Positions 39,656 through 53,092 of a stretch of 64,000 bases of DNA are shown here, piece after piece. The stretch is from Eledone cirrhosa (taxonomy: Eukaryota). The translations under genes and the position numbers were made by a program. Position 1 is the stretch's first letter, and each line of letters opens with the position of its first letter. The notes under the pieces are model-generated. The model worked only from the letters and a program-made list of their open reading frames with translations. It was not told where the DNA came from and searched no databases. Location of the stretch: NCBI GenBank assembly GCA_964016885.1, contig OZ024745.1:95480001-95544000 (forward strand), read 5' to 3'.

Positions 39656-40863
39656 CTGAAATAGAATGAAAGAGGAAATATTAAAACTTCAATCCTAGTT
39701 TATTTCAAGATGTTTTTTTTAATCATAAACATTCAATAATTCAATAAATATGTAACAATACAAATACAAATTTCTGATAAAAGCCATGTATGTTATAACT
39801 GAAGAAAATCATGATCTTTTAAACAATTTAGCATAAGGCCACAAATTCCTTTATATATATTTTTACTGTTTAGTAGAGAGGGAAAGTCTGTGCCTATGAA
39901 ACTTGATAAACAATTTTCAGGACTGGCAAGAGTGGTGAGAAAAGGGGAAGAAGTTATTCTCAAACTGGAAACAAAGATGAATACTTGCATCACAGTGAAC
40001 TTCCCTAAAGGCAACGGATTAAGTCAACCACCTAAAAACTCAGAATAGAAAATGCCAAATAAAGACTGCACGGCATATCAGCCAATATTTTAATAATTCT
40101 GTCAATCCCCTGCTCTGGATTGCTACTTGATTTTATCAATCCAGAAAATATAAAAAGCAAAGTTGACCTCGACAGGATTTGAACTCTGTGACTAGAGAGC
40201 TGGAATAAATAACAGAATACATTTTGTCCTACATTCTAACAACTTTACCAGTTTGCCACTTTTATACACTGCAGGCATAACTTATTTTTGATGGTGATGA
40301 CCCAGCAAGGTCAGCATACTCTAGATGAACCTAATAAAAGAATAGGAGGCCAGTTCTTTTCATAACAGATTAAAAAAAATCCACCACAGTATTGATTTCA
40401 AAGAGATTTCCTAAGAATTGGCTTCAAGTATTAGAATAATTTTTAAGCAAGTAAAGGAAGTCTGAAAGTTGATACAATAAATCTTATTGATAACGTCTGC
40501 CAGATAAAGAAATATATCACATGGGATGAAAATAAAATTATTATCTAGAAATATCAGTGAGTAGTCAGGAATTATTTCTGGCTACCATTTTAATGCTTCA
40601 TTCATTTAAATATTGCTTTTCAGGTGGCATATCTTAGTTTTGTATTCTCTAAATAATTCTATTTTTCTATGTCAGAGATTCCATCATACCTACTCTAGCA
40701 AGTACAGTGAAGTCTATGCTTTACTGATGAGTTCATATAAGACTAAAACGTATTTGGAGTTGTCTTCTCTACTATGTGTGTTGGTCTTTTGGTCAGTCTG
40801 TCTGTCAGGTTTGATAACACAGAAGAGGGAGGAAAGAGAGAGAAAGAATTAAAACATGATTGA

Positions 40864-40917
<54 letters not shown>

Positions 40918-41478
40918 TGCACTAGTGGTGGGAAGTGTTAATGTTCACAGAGAAAGCAGAGAAAAAAAAGGAAGGTATATAGATGCATAAACACGCATGT
41001 GTACACATACAAACACATAAGTAATTGTCAGCTGTTAAGACAACAAAGGGTAAACTTGACATCCTCATAAATTTCAACATTTGAAACATGATTCTTGCAT
41101 TTCTATAATAGTATTCTGCTATTATCTACATATGTAATACTAATGTATGAAATTAAACATGTAATCTCTTATACAAAAACATTTATATTATTCATAAGAC
41201 ATTTATGGAACGAAATTGAAGACATAATCTATTACAGATACGACATATTATATTATATGTTAAAATAAATATTTTAAATTAACTATATGTATACATATTA
41301 CTGATTTGCTGTGTGTTTCTGGTTTAGAATAGGTACACTATATCCCTGTGTTCTAAATGATGACAAGGAAGGACATTGGCCATAAAACACTGTCTCAAAA
41401 GGAACTGCATGATGAGTATGAAGACTGTAACAGAGCCTGCAAGGCCAAACCTTGCTATTATTGTATATGTGTGTGTGT

Positions 41479-41524
<46 letters not shown>

Positions 41525-41759
41525 GTGTGTGTGTGTGTGTGTGAAGGCACATGGCTGAGTGGTTAGAGAATTGGATTCACAATCGTGAGGTGATGCGTTA
41601 TGTCCTTGAGCAAGATCCTTTATTTCATGTTGCTCCTTCTACCTGGAGTTGCAACCAATAGATAGTATTAACGATTGGAAAGACCAATGGAAACATTGTT
41701 TCGTCGATCCAATTTGACGAAAATCGATGTTCTGTCGATATATATATATCTATATAATT

Positions 41760-41827
41760 AATTCATTTACCAATGGTTTCTTGAAGAGCTTGACACTTAT
41801 GTCTGTCTTCATTCATCAGAATAAGTT
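41760..41827 (-). ncRNA. Minimal type I hammerhead ribozyme motif, sense to NCS-1 pre-mRNA
   Basis: AACTTATT-CTGATGA-ATGAAGAcaGACAtaagTGTCaagcTCTTCAA-GAAA-CCATTG-GTA-AATGAATT: intact CUGAUGA/GAAA core, near-palindromic stem III (ACCATTGGT), GUA triplet. Confidence 0.7.
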
Positions 41828-42492
41828 TATTATTGAATGGGATATGGGTTTGAAAACAGAGTTTAGGATAAATGAAAGTGAGGCTGAAATAAAATAACGG
41901 GCACAATTTGAGTTGAAAAAATATATAAATATCCAAATCCATAAACATATACACAAATACACGTAATCGATTACGTCTATGTGTACACATAAATGTAAGC
42001 GTGTGCGTGTGTGTGTGAGCATATGTATATCTGTGTATACGTGCATGTATAGGCAGATGTGTGTATGTATGTATACACATGTTTGTATGTGTTTGTGTGG
42101 ATATATATATATACACAGATGTATATAAATGTGTGTGTATGTGTAGATATATATATATATATTTATATATATTTATATGTGTATGTATGGAGAGATGTGT
42201 GTATGTATATTTATACGTCAATATTGAGTACGTGTGTGATTGTGTGCCTGAGTGTGTGCATATGTGAGTGAAAGATCGCACGTATATGTGTGTATTTGCA
42301 ATGTAGACGCACATATACTTATGTGTGAATGTATAAGTTTACATACTATTACGTGTATGCGTGAGTTTGTGTATGTTTATGGATTTGGATATTTATATAT
42401 TTTTCCCCTCAAATTATGCCCGTTATTTTATTTCAGCCTCACTTTCATTTATCCTAAACTCTGTTTTCAAATCCATATCCCATTTAATAATA

Positions 42493-42560
42493 AACTTATT
42501 CTGATGAATAAAGACAGACATAAGTGTCAAACTCTTCAAGAAACCATTAGTAAATGAATT
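42493..42560 (+). ncRNA. Minimal hammerhead motif, inverted copy
   Basis: CTGATGA at 42501-42507, GAAACCATTAGTA at 42540-42552; extra mismatches in stems II and III. Confidence 0.6.
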
Positions 42561-43821
42561 AATTATCTTATGTTGTTTATTACATAACTAAAAAGCTCTG
42601 TAACCTACATAGAGCACTCTCTTTTCCTTTACCTTTCCTACGGAAATACTTCATATATATATATATATATTAGAATCTTCATATTAGTGAAGTAGCTACT
42701 GTAATTCGTTCAGTAGGACAGTTGGACCAAGTACACCTATATGCACTGTTCTCTGATATGAAAATAAGGAAGTGATAAAAAACACTCCGGAGAGCTGGAT
42801 AGCAGAAGGTCTTCAGATAAGACACCTCACTCAAGCAAGTGTTTCAGCCCTTAACTTCTAAGTAATACAGTTAATTTTTTACCAATATAGTCATACCATA
42901 GCAGAATTATATGATAGAATGTCTTTGATTTCATTCCATGGTTAAGATTTGCTATATACATAATCATTTCAACATATAATCAATAATCTTAATACCATAA
43001 CCACATTGGAAAGACAAGCAGAAGTGAAATAGTATTTTCGTCATAGACAGTTGTATGTAACTTTTCTAGAACAGATTCACTTTATGACACAAAGATTACA
43101 ATGATAGGTGACAACTCTTCATGAAAAAAAGTTGAAAAATGTATACAAAGAATATAGCTTTTCAAAAAATGTTATCTCTAAAGACTACAACTTCAGTACA
43201 TTTTATGTGAATCTTACACCATCTTAAGAATGAAACACTTCAGAGCAGTATACAAAAAGAAGGGAATTAGATATCTTAATAAAGAAACAGCCATCTAGAG
43301 ATCAACCTTACTAACAAGGGCACTGACCTCTCCAAGCTGTGTTTTCAAGCTTACAAATATATGCTGAGAGCAGGCTCATACATACACCTGGGCCATTCTT
43401 GCTATTATCAGCCATCTTTCAGAAAATTTATTGGAAGGAATCATTTCTCACTTCACCTTCATCTTCTTCTCCAAGTGGGACTTGAAGAAGTTAATGAGAT
43501 CTTTGCCAAAGAGGAAATTGTCTATCTTTAGTTCTTTTAATCTTGTCTACCATGTAATATTTTCTTTTGTCATAGTCACCAGACAGTATAACTACATACA
43601 TTTCTTAGGAAGGTTCATACTTGATATAATCAAGCTGCTACTTATAACCCCATGAATGAAGAATGGGAACAACAATTTTTAACCTAAGCACAATATCACA
43701 AATTATTTGGGCAGAGTAAAAATCAATTAAAATGAACCCAATGCTTAACTGTTGCATGTTTTATGAAATCCAGAACAATGAAAGGCAAAATTAAGCTCAG
43801 AATGTAAAGAGACATATATAT

Positions 43822-45675
43822 TTACCACCAGGTATGTCAACATACCACCAGATATATCTACATACCCCCAGATGTAACTAACTACCACCAGACATATCTA
43901 CATACCACCAGACATAACAACATACCACTAGATATATCATACTACCAGACATAACAACATAACACTAGATATATCATACTACCAGACATAACAACATACC
44001 ACTAGATATATCATACTACCAGACATAACAACATACCACTAGATATATCATACTACCAGACATAACAACATACCACTAGATATATCATACTACCAGATAT
44101 AACTACATACCACTAGATATATCTACATGCCACCAAATATATCGACAAACCACCACATATATCAACATACCACCAGACATATCTACATACCACCACATAT
44201 ACCTACATACCACCAGATATATCTACATACCACTAGTCATAACAACATACCACCAGATATAACATACTACCAGATATATCTACATACCACCAGATATATC
44301 TACATACCACCAGACATATCTACATACCACTAAATATATACCACCAGATATATCAACATACCACCAGATATACCTACATACCATCAGATATACCTACATA
44401 CCACCAGATATATCTACATACTACCAGATAATAATAATAATAATAATAATAATGAAAATATTGTGTACAGTGCTCAGGTGCACTACAACTCATCAAAAGT
44501 GTATGTATAGTACATAGAGTAATGTACAAACGTCAGAAAAATGAACAATGCATGAGTCATGATATACACATGTGTGCATGTGTATGGAAGGGGGACATCA
44601 GGTGTAGTTTTAAAGGATGCAGTGTCTCGGCAGCTAACAACTGACACAGGCAGTTTGTTTCATGCTTCAGCAACTCTAAGCGTGGAAAAATGTTTCCGAA
44701 AGTCATGGGAGCTGTGCTGTTTTCTGACTTTGTAGGCATGTCCACGTGTGTTAGACACATGGAGATCAAAAAGGTGCTCAGGGTTATTGTTGGCGAGATA
44801 GTTAATCATTTTGTGGGTGTTTACCAAGTCCATTGCCAGACATCGGAGCTTCAATGAATCCATGCCCAGGGAAGCAAGGCGTTCAGGGTATGGTAGGTGT
44901 CTGATGGAGGGTATGTGCTTGGTTGCACGTCTCTGAACAGTTTCCAGGAGGTCAGTGTTCTGAGCAAGATAGGGGTTCCAGACTGATGATGCGAATTCCA
45001 AGTGTAGTCGTACCATAGCTGTATAGAGCTTTAAATAGATGGCTGGAGAGCGGCTACAAAGGTCTTGCTGAGTGATGCCAAGACACCTTCGGCCTTCTTG
45101 ACAATTTTAGACATGTGCTTTGTCCAACACAAATCGTTGCTGACAGCCTTGTCTTCTGGTACCCCAATGGCAATTACTTCATGGGTAGCAGATTCCGTGG
45201 TCTTCTCAGTGTGCCCAGATATGGCAAGAGGTACAGGGAGATTCTTTAGCAAGGCGTTCCAATAAGACCCCTCATTGTGGGGTCCTACCCGAATGCTTGC
45301 TTTTATTCCTGTTACTTCCCTTCTTAAAGCAGAAATCATTTGTTGATATAACTACATACCACCAGATATAACTACATACCATCAGATATATCTACATAAC
45401 AATCAGATATAACATATACCGGATATATCTACATACTACCAGATATAACTACACACCACCAGATATATCTACATACCACCATATATATCTACATACCACC
45501 AGATATAACATACTACCAGATATATCTACAAACCACCAGATATATCTACAAATCACCAGATATAACAACATACCACCAGATATAACAACATACCACCAGA
45601 CATAATTAAATGCTGCCAGAGGTAACTAAATGCTGCCAGACAAAACTAAATACCAACACACATAACTACATATCA
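43822..45675. repeat. About 20-22-bp minisatellite (ACATACCACCAGATATATCT-like) interrupted by CR1
   Basis: Units at 43822-44430 and 45345-45675 flank the CR1 insertion. Confidence 0.9.
44428..45340 (-). mobile_element. CR1-clade LINE 3' part with (TAT)n tail
   Basis: LYTAMVRLHLEFASSVWNPY...LETVQRRATK...YPERL...NTRGH...RVAEA; further fragments at 37165-37218, 48705-48866, 50085-50310, 61508-61777. Confidence 0.9.
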
Positions 45676-46728
45676 CTAGGATTTTTATACACTACATCAC
45701 TGTTTCTGCTACTCAATGTTCTCAATAAGCCACTAAGATACAATTTATATAACTAATACTTTAATTAACTGTATGCTCAATATAAATATATATTTTTAAA
45801 TACTATATCTTATTAGATGTAAATATAACTGAAGCAGAGTAGCAGAATCAGCTAGATTTGTGAAACAGGATCAGAATGTACTTTTCTCAAGATAAACATT
45901 TACAGTCCTTATAATGATAAATTCTGCCCACGAGGCTTATTTCCTGAAATAATACACCATATTCTATCAGGATATTCTATTTAAAGATCACTCAAAGCAT
46001 ATATGGAGTCATAATGTAAAGTAAAGCTGTTACAAATGAGCCTAACTGAGTGAATTAACTTCTTAAAGATAAAGCTGCATGATAGATATATGATCTCTGT
46101 CATTTATGGAAATAATCAATGCAGAGATTCTGTAGATCTTTTGCATATAAATGTTTTATCAACTTGTACAACAAACCTGATAAAAGTTTACTTCATATAA
46201 AATGATAACAATTCTATATTATTTGACATCAAACTACTCAGTTAACCATACAGAATTCAATTGAAGAATGTTTTTTAAAAAAAATCAATTTTACGTCCAT
46301 AATTAAATTTACAATTCATGCAAATGGAATTAGCAAGTTACCTACCCATAAGTAACTTATTGATTTATTTCATGTTCAATATATCAATTCAAGAAAGAAA
46401 TAATAGAATTGTTGCACAAATACTCTTGCTAGCGTGGAAGATGGACGTTAAACGATGATGATGATGATAATGATATATATATTTATTGAGAAAGATATCA
46501 CTAGTATGATGATCAGAAATAGAGAGACAGTCCAGAGTAAGATAAAAGGTTCAGAAAAGTAAAACAAAACCAAATGCATCCAGGCATGGCATGAATTGAT
46601 TATGGAAATCACTGTCAGAGTATATCCTAATTCTGGATATCAGAAATCCTGAATATCAACAAAGCCATTCCATTACCAATGTAATATACCAATGATACTA
46701 TATCAAACATGAAAATAGTATCTCAGCA

Positions 46729-46760
<32 letters not shown>

Positions 46761-47317
46761 TAAATGCTTCTTATAGCCACTACTCTATCCCGTGCTAATT
46801 ATGCTAATAAATTATTTAGATCTAATCAACAACAGTGAAAAAACCCTTAGCCATCGATGTAATAATTTAAAATATAGAAAACAAGCCAAAATCAGTGTAT
46901 GTGAATCAAGGTCCTCTGACCTGATCTCTCACAAAGGGACTGCCAGTGTGGAAGATGGATGTTAAACAATGACAATGATGATCTGGAGGACCTACTATCA
47001 ATTAACATTTATCCTTTACATTACTCTATATTTACTATTATATTTTCGCTTTACCTCACATAATATCAAATCTATGAGGTATTGATATTATTTATTTTGA
47101 GACCAATGCCTTAATATCAGTATGATTGGCTGGTTATAGCTGGTTAGAACAAAACGAGGTGAGAGAATTCTGGCCAGATATGGCCAGTTTAAATGCTAAT
47201 GGGTTAATGAAATGATATCAAAAACAAAAACAAAATGGTAATAGCCACCACCCACCTCTTTCCTGCCTCTTATAAGGTTTAGGAATAGATGAGGAATATT
47301 TATATATGATAATAATG

Positions 47318-47670
47318 ATTAAATCGACCCCAGTACGTTACTGGTACTTTATTTTATCGACCCCAAAAGGATGAAAGGCAAAGTTAACCTCAGCGGCATT
47401 TGAACTCAGTCCGTAAAGGGATGTAACTATATGCTAGAAAGCATGGCGCCTGACCCTCTACCGATACTGAAAATCCATATAATAATATTTGGCAGTATCG
47501 GTAGAGGGTCAGATGCCATGCTTTGCCACATAGAGGTACGGCCCTTTATGATCTGAGTTCAAATCCCGCCGAGGTTAACTTTGCCTTTCATCCTCACAGG
47601 GTCGATAAAATAAAGCACCAGTAATACACTGGGGTAATTGCTGGCCTTGTGCCAAAAAGTAGAAAATTAT
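47318..47670. mobile_element. Head-to-head inverted SINE pair
   Basis: Antisense copy about 47318-47478 and sense copy about 47490-47670. Confidence 0.85.
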
Positions 47671-48325
47671 TAATATTAGTATCCACCATGTTAAGAGTAA
47701 AACCAAATTTATATATAAGTGTTTCATCATCTGTATAGCCTACTCATCATCATCATTTAATGTTAGCTTTCCCTGCAAGCAAGGATTGTATGAGCCATCA
47801 CAGATCAAGTCAAAATCAATCAGAGTCATTGATCTCACATTCTACACAGTGCTACATGCATTTTATCAAGACACCAGCACTAGGAAGTTCAGCATTTCTT
47901 TGGCAAAACTGACAAGCCAAAGCTTTCTACATCTTGTTTGACATGTTTTCTATAACTGGATGCCATTTCTATCATCAACCACTTTACAAAGTATATTTGG
48001 TGTATTTTATCATGTCACCAACACTAGCCAGGTTGTTGTCCCCTTGACACAACTGAACAGTCCTCTACTCATTACACATACACAACAGGCTCCCATACAG
48101 TTTCTGTCTACCAATTTCATTCATAAGGCATTGTCCAAGAGACCGTGCAGTGGAATGAATCCAAAATCACATGGTTGTAAAGCAAAATCCTTAACCATTA
48201 ATTATATGATGTTGATGATGATGATAATATAGCGTATGTTTCAGATTTCAGTCCTTCCCTTTCAGTGATCTTTGTTTCTAAATCTTTATAGTTGGGTGCT
48301 TTTCTCATTACCATCTGAAGGGATA

Positions 48326-48428
48326 GAAGAAGAAGAAGAAGAAGAAGAAGAAGAAGAAGAAGAAGAAGAAGAAGAAGAAGAAGAAGAAGAAGAAGAAGAA
48401 GAAGAAGAAGAAGAAGAAGAAGAAGAAG
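48326..48428. repeat. (GAA)n microsatellite, about 34 units
   Basis: Direct reading. Confidence 0.98.
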
Positions 48429-50312
48429 GAGGTTATGTATATCAGAATGAAATGGAGATCCTTGTAGAAAGAGATGCTAGAATGTGAGGACTGAAATTGG
48501 AATCTAATCCTATGGCTGCCTTCGGAATGATAAAATAATGAAATTATGTAGGCAAATATATAACCAAAAGCCCATAGAGAAAATAAGACTCTTAAGCACT
48601 GCAGATATTTTACAAATATTACTTTCAATACAATAGAAAGTAAAAAAAAACAAACAAAACTAAAACACTGCAATGCCTAAGGTCCACAGAGCTACATGTG
48701 AAAATAATAATAATAATTAAATTATTGTGTTCAGTGCTCAGGTGCACTACAACTCATCAAAGGTGCATGTATAGTAAATAGAATGATGTACAAATGTCAG
48801 GAAATTGAACAGTGTGTGTGTCATGATATACATGTGTGTGTGTATGGAGGGGGAATATCAGGTGTGGAGAAAGAACACAAACGTTCTATGCTGGTGAAGA
48901 TGGAATCTTTAGAACCCCCTGTACCATATCACTGGCAATTAAACTCACTTCTTTCTTTCCAGAATTTTCTAATTGCAGTTAGGATTGTTGGGTTATGTCA
49001 CAATATGAAGATTACATTATAAAATGGAGAAATTATCCTTATATAATAAGTAGCACATTTACATTGGAAACAATATTTGAATAAGCATTTACAGAAAACA
49101 GAAAATATTCAAAAGAAATTAAGAATGTTGGAAGGAAAAAACTAAATTACAGTTAAGAAATTAATTTGTACTAGCAATTAAAGTGACTGCCAGCAACAAA
49201 TTAATTACGATAAATATATTTGGTGATAAAATTGATTAATGATAATTCCCATGTAATAAACTGTAAGTTCATTGAACTAAACACCATGAAGAATGCAAAT
49301 GGAAAATGTGGAATAGACAACTGAAATTCTGATATTGGTAAAACATATTAAAGAAAGGCAAAAGTTTTGACAGTATCAAAGGGGAAAGAGATCAAACACC
49401 AGCTGAAATCTTGATTTTCTTTCATTGTCAGATACATAAGTTTGCTTTGAAAGTGTTTTTGAGAAAGACTTCAAAGACTCTACATATACATATGTGTGAG
49501 TGAGTAAGTGATTGAGCATGATGTAGTCAACTAACCTGTCAAATTTTGAAACGTAGCAACCCGTCTAACCCATACCAGAATAGATAATAGACGTAATATG
49601 GTGATGATGATAATATATTTAATATTCTATCTGTCAGTGATCTCCAGAAATGGGGAAAAAATACAGCATATATTATACTCAAATAGTATAATCAAAATAG
49701 AGCATAATTCATAGCTGCCAAAATGTCTTTACCTGCAATCATAAAAACAGGATCTTTATTTGCAGAGTCAGATCAAAATGATGGGTGGAAATACCATGAC
49801 AACCTGACTTATAATGTCACACCCTAGCAAGAAAGTATTGAATAAGGATGCTTTACTTGCTAAAAATAGCTGCAAAATATCCCTCAAATTCCATCCTATC
49901 TTCTTAAAAAACAAGGACAAAATAAATATAGTTCTAGACGAACTCTGCTTGAAAGATCGACAAAATGGTCACACCTGAATGACTTTGAGTATATACTTAG
50001 GAGGTTCATCAAGAGGTACTGTCACATCCACCCTATGTACCAGTGCCCTAGCTTTGGTCTACAATTTTGCAACATATGCCTCCCCCACGCTCAGAGTTGC
50101 TGAAGCATGGAACAAACTACCTGCATCAGTTGTTAGCTGTCGAGACACTGCATCCTTTAAGTCCTCCATGCTTCCCGAGATCCGCCAACACTACAGCTAA
50201 CACATACACACATGTACTTCCCTGACATTTGTGTATTATTCTATGTACTATATTGACGAGTTGTAGTGCACCTGAGCCCTTTACACAATAATTTCATTAT
50301 ATCATTATATTA

Positions 50313-50570
50313 TATGGTGCAGGAGCTCTCATTCTAAGAAGCTAGATAGAGCCTTGAACGACACCTTAAGACTCATCACCAGATGTGCCTATTCTACATC
50401 CACTGAATAATTACCTATGTTCTCAGGCACTGCCCCTGCTCCCCTTTGTAGAGAGCATCACACACATAGGTTTATAACCAAGGCCCTAATAGACTCAATC
50501 ATCTGCTCCTCTACTGAACTGGTCCCATGGACTGATTGCTCTTCTAGTACAGATATAACCTCCCAGTGTT
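50313..50570 (+). mobile_element. Vingi/Ingi-like LINE internal fragment
   Basis: WCRSSHSKKLDRALNDTLRLITRCAYSTSTE*LPMFSGTAPAPLCR resembles the WxRSxH..D..LN...R.ITGC..T..LP..SGI.P..LRR motif. Confidence 0.6.
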
Positions 50571-50835
50571 CTACCACTATATATATATATGCATGGATAT
50601 TATGCCTTATGTAGGCACATATAAATGATGTAGGTATCATATATACATCATCATGATCATCATTATATATATATCATCATCATCATCATCATCATCGTTT
50701 AACGTCCATGTTCCACGCTTGCATGGGTTTGGACGGGAGTTTTCCCACTTGAGGCAAGAGTGGTTGTCTTGCTCCACATCTACAGTGTGGGACCACATTT
50801 ACAATATATATATAATGATGATGATGATGATAATA

Positions 50836-51022
50836 TCGGTGGATTGGCAGTATCAGTAGATGGTCGGACACCATGCTTTGCAGCAAAGAGTTACGGCCCT
50901 TTATGATCTGAGTTCAAATCCCGCCGAGGTTAACTTTGCCTTTCATCCTTACGAGGTCGATAAAATAAAGTACCAGTAATGTACTGGTATTTGCTGGCCT
51001 TGTGCCAAAAGTAGAAACAATT
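50836..51022 (+). mobile_element. Full-length SINE (Nin/Deu-like)
   Basis: Same family as 36713-36905. Confidence 0.85.
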
Positions 51023-51063
51023 ATATATATATATATATATATAATGATGATGATGATATCATC

Positions 51064-51117
<54 letters not shown>

Positions 51118-52566
51118 TTAATGACAGTTATGGGAGTGATTGTTAAAGCATGTATTGTAGGTAGAAATCAAAGATAGAAAATGATAAATGTAAAATAAAA
51201 CACCTTCTCAAGTTTTGATTAAGAGAAAACAGCAGTAGCAAAGAGAAAGAGAGGATGAATATTTATGAAATGTAGTATAAATTCCCCAACTCTATATACC
51301 AGAAACCAGAGAATGTTTAAAATAACAAATACAAACAGTACAAAGATGTGAGAAATGGAGTATTGTACAAAAACAAAACAAACTATTCTTATATAACAGG
51401 AAAGAATTCTCTAGAGACATATATCAGAAGAAAATATGAATAACTAAAGCTCACTAAAAAGCTAGAAATAAAGGAGTCACACACATGCAAAAAAATAAAA
51501 ATAATAAATATAACAGAAGGAATATTTAAAAGGGATAGGATAACCCATGGATAAACTGCATGGAAGTGAGGTTGAAGGAAATGATAAAACGATAGCAATA
51601 ATCCTGATCACAGATACAAAAAAGAAAAAGGAAAACACTTATACAGTTTGATACATATGTTTCAGGCAGCTACATGTAATGCCTGAATGCCTATACAAAT
51701 ATTTTGATTTATTAATAGAAAATCCAAGTAAACGAAAACTTTGATTACTGATTAGGAAAGAAGAAATTGTTGAAGACCAAAATCTGTGATCAGGGTTTTT
51801 TATTTTTAGAAGTCAGTAGATGCAATATGAGTATAGTCTACATTTTTTTTCAGTGACAAGTATATATAAGCACTGAATTAGTAATATATATAATTATTAA
51901 TAACTATATTATTTTAGGTAACTAATATTTGTGGGAATATTTATTTCTAGTGTACACAGACCTCAGATCACTGAAGCTCACGGTGGAGATGACGAAGGAC
52001 CGTGACAAGTGGAGAGATGCTGTGCTGAATAAGACCTGTCCCACCCTTGCAAGCAGGGAAAAGTGGACGAAAAATGATGATGATGATGATGACAATACTG
52101 CTTTGGGTGTTGTTTGTAAAATATGTGAGCATGTACACATATGCAACAGTGCAAGTAACTCTCAAACATACTTATACATTCCTAATCCTACTATGATGGT
52201 TGCTATAAAATAGAAGCTTAGAACATAACAAGTATTTACAAATCAGCACAGTTGCACTTGTAGCAGTATTTAGCTCCAATATCAACTACTGGAAGTCAAA
52301 TGAAATAAAAAATTAGTAGAGAGGTTTCCCAGTGCTCCTCGCAATATTGTTATCTTTTGCTCTGGCAGCGGTTTGTTTGTCCACCCCTTTCGCCTGCTTT
52401 TTGTTGTATGTGGTCCTAGATGTATATATTACCTGCTTATGTGTTTTTTTTGTTTTCTTTTTCGATTTTCTTTTTCTTTTTTCCTTTCCCTTTTCTTTCC
52501 TTTTTTTTCTCTTTCTATTTGTAATATATTGACGGTTACGCCTTAAAATATATTATTCTATATATA

Positions 52567-52585
52567 TAATACTACACGCACACAC

Positions 52586-52616
<31 letters not shown>

Positions 52617-52617
52617 C

Positions 52618-52648
<31 letters not shown>

Positions 52649-52657
52649 ATACTACAC

Positions 52658-52688
<31 letters not shown>

Positions 52689-52761
52689 CACAAATATATA
52701 TATATATATATATATATAATACTACACAAATATATATATATATATATATATATAATACTAC

Positions 52762-52797
<36 letters not shown>

Positions 52798-52801
52798 CTA
52801 C

Positions 52802-52895
<94 letters not shown>
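52567..52895. repeat. Compound minisatellite [AATACTACACAA(AT)n] x about 8
   Basis: Direct reading. Confidence 0.9.
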
Positions 52896-52897
<2 letters not shown>

Positions 52898-52899
52898 CA

Positions 52900-53092
52900 A
52901 AGGAAATGTGGTAAGGAACCAGGTGGACCATAACGCACCAAAGTACTCAATACTTGGGGTAGTAGAGTGGGTAATAGGAACCAGTAAGACCCCGACGGCT
53001 GAGCTCAAGCCGTTTCGACGGCTAATTCTGGAGTCCAGAATTAGCCGTCGAAACGGCTTGAGCTCAGCCGTCGGGGTCTTACTGGTTCCTAT
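52900..53092 (-). repeat. Perfect 59-bp-arm palindrome with half-hammerheads, Penelope-like end in (TA)n
   Basis: 52974-53032 is the exact reverse complement of 53034-53092, with a 1-nt loop. Confidence 0.9.

Larger units (their letters stand above)
41754..42566. repeat. Long inverted repeat (arms 41754-41957 and 42366-42566) around a GT/AT-rich spacer
   Basis: Arms are reverse complements; the ORF track gives the same peptide LKLCPLFYFSLTFIYPKLCFQ on both strands. Confidence 0.95.

Noticed and set aside
41763-42557. 183-aa and 101-aa ORFs sharing a C-terminus
   Set aside because: Artefact of the inverted repeat plus microsatellite spacer.
48272-48673. Poly-Glu and poly-Phe ORFs
   Set aside because: Translations of a (GAA)n microsatellite.
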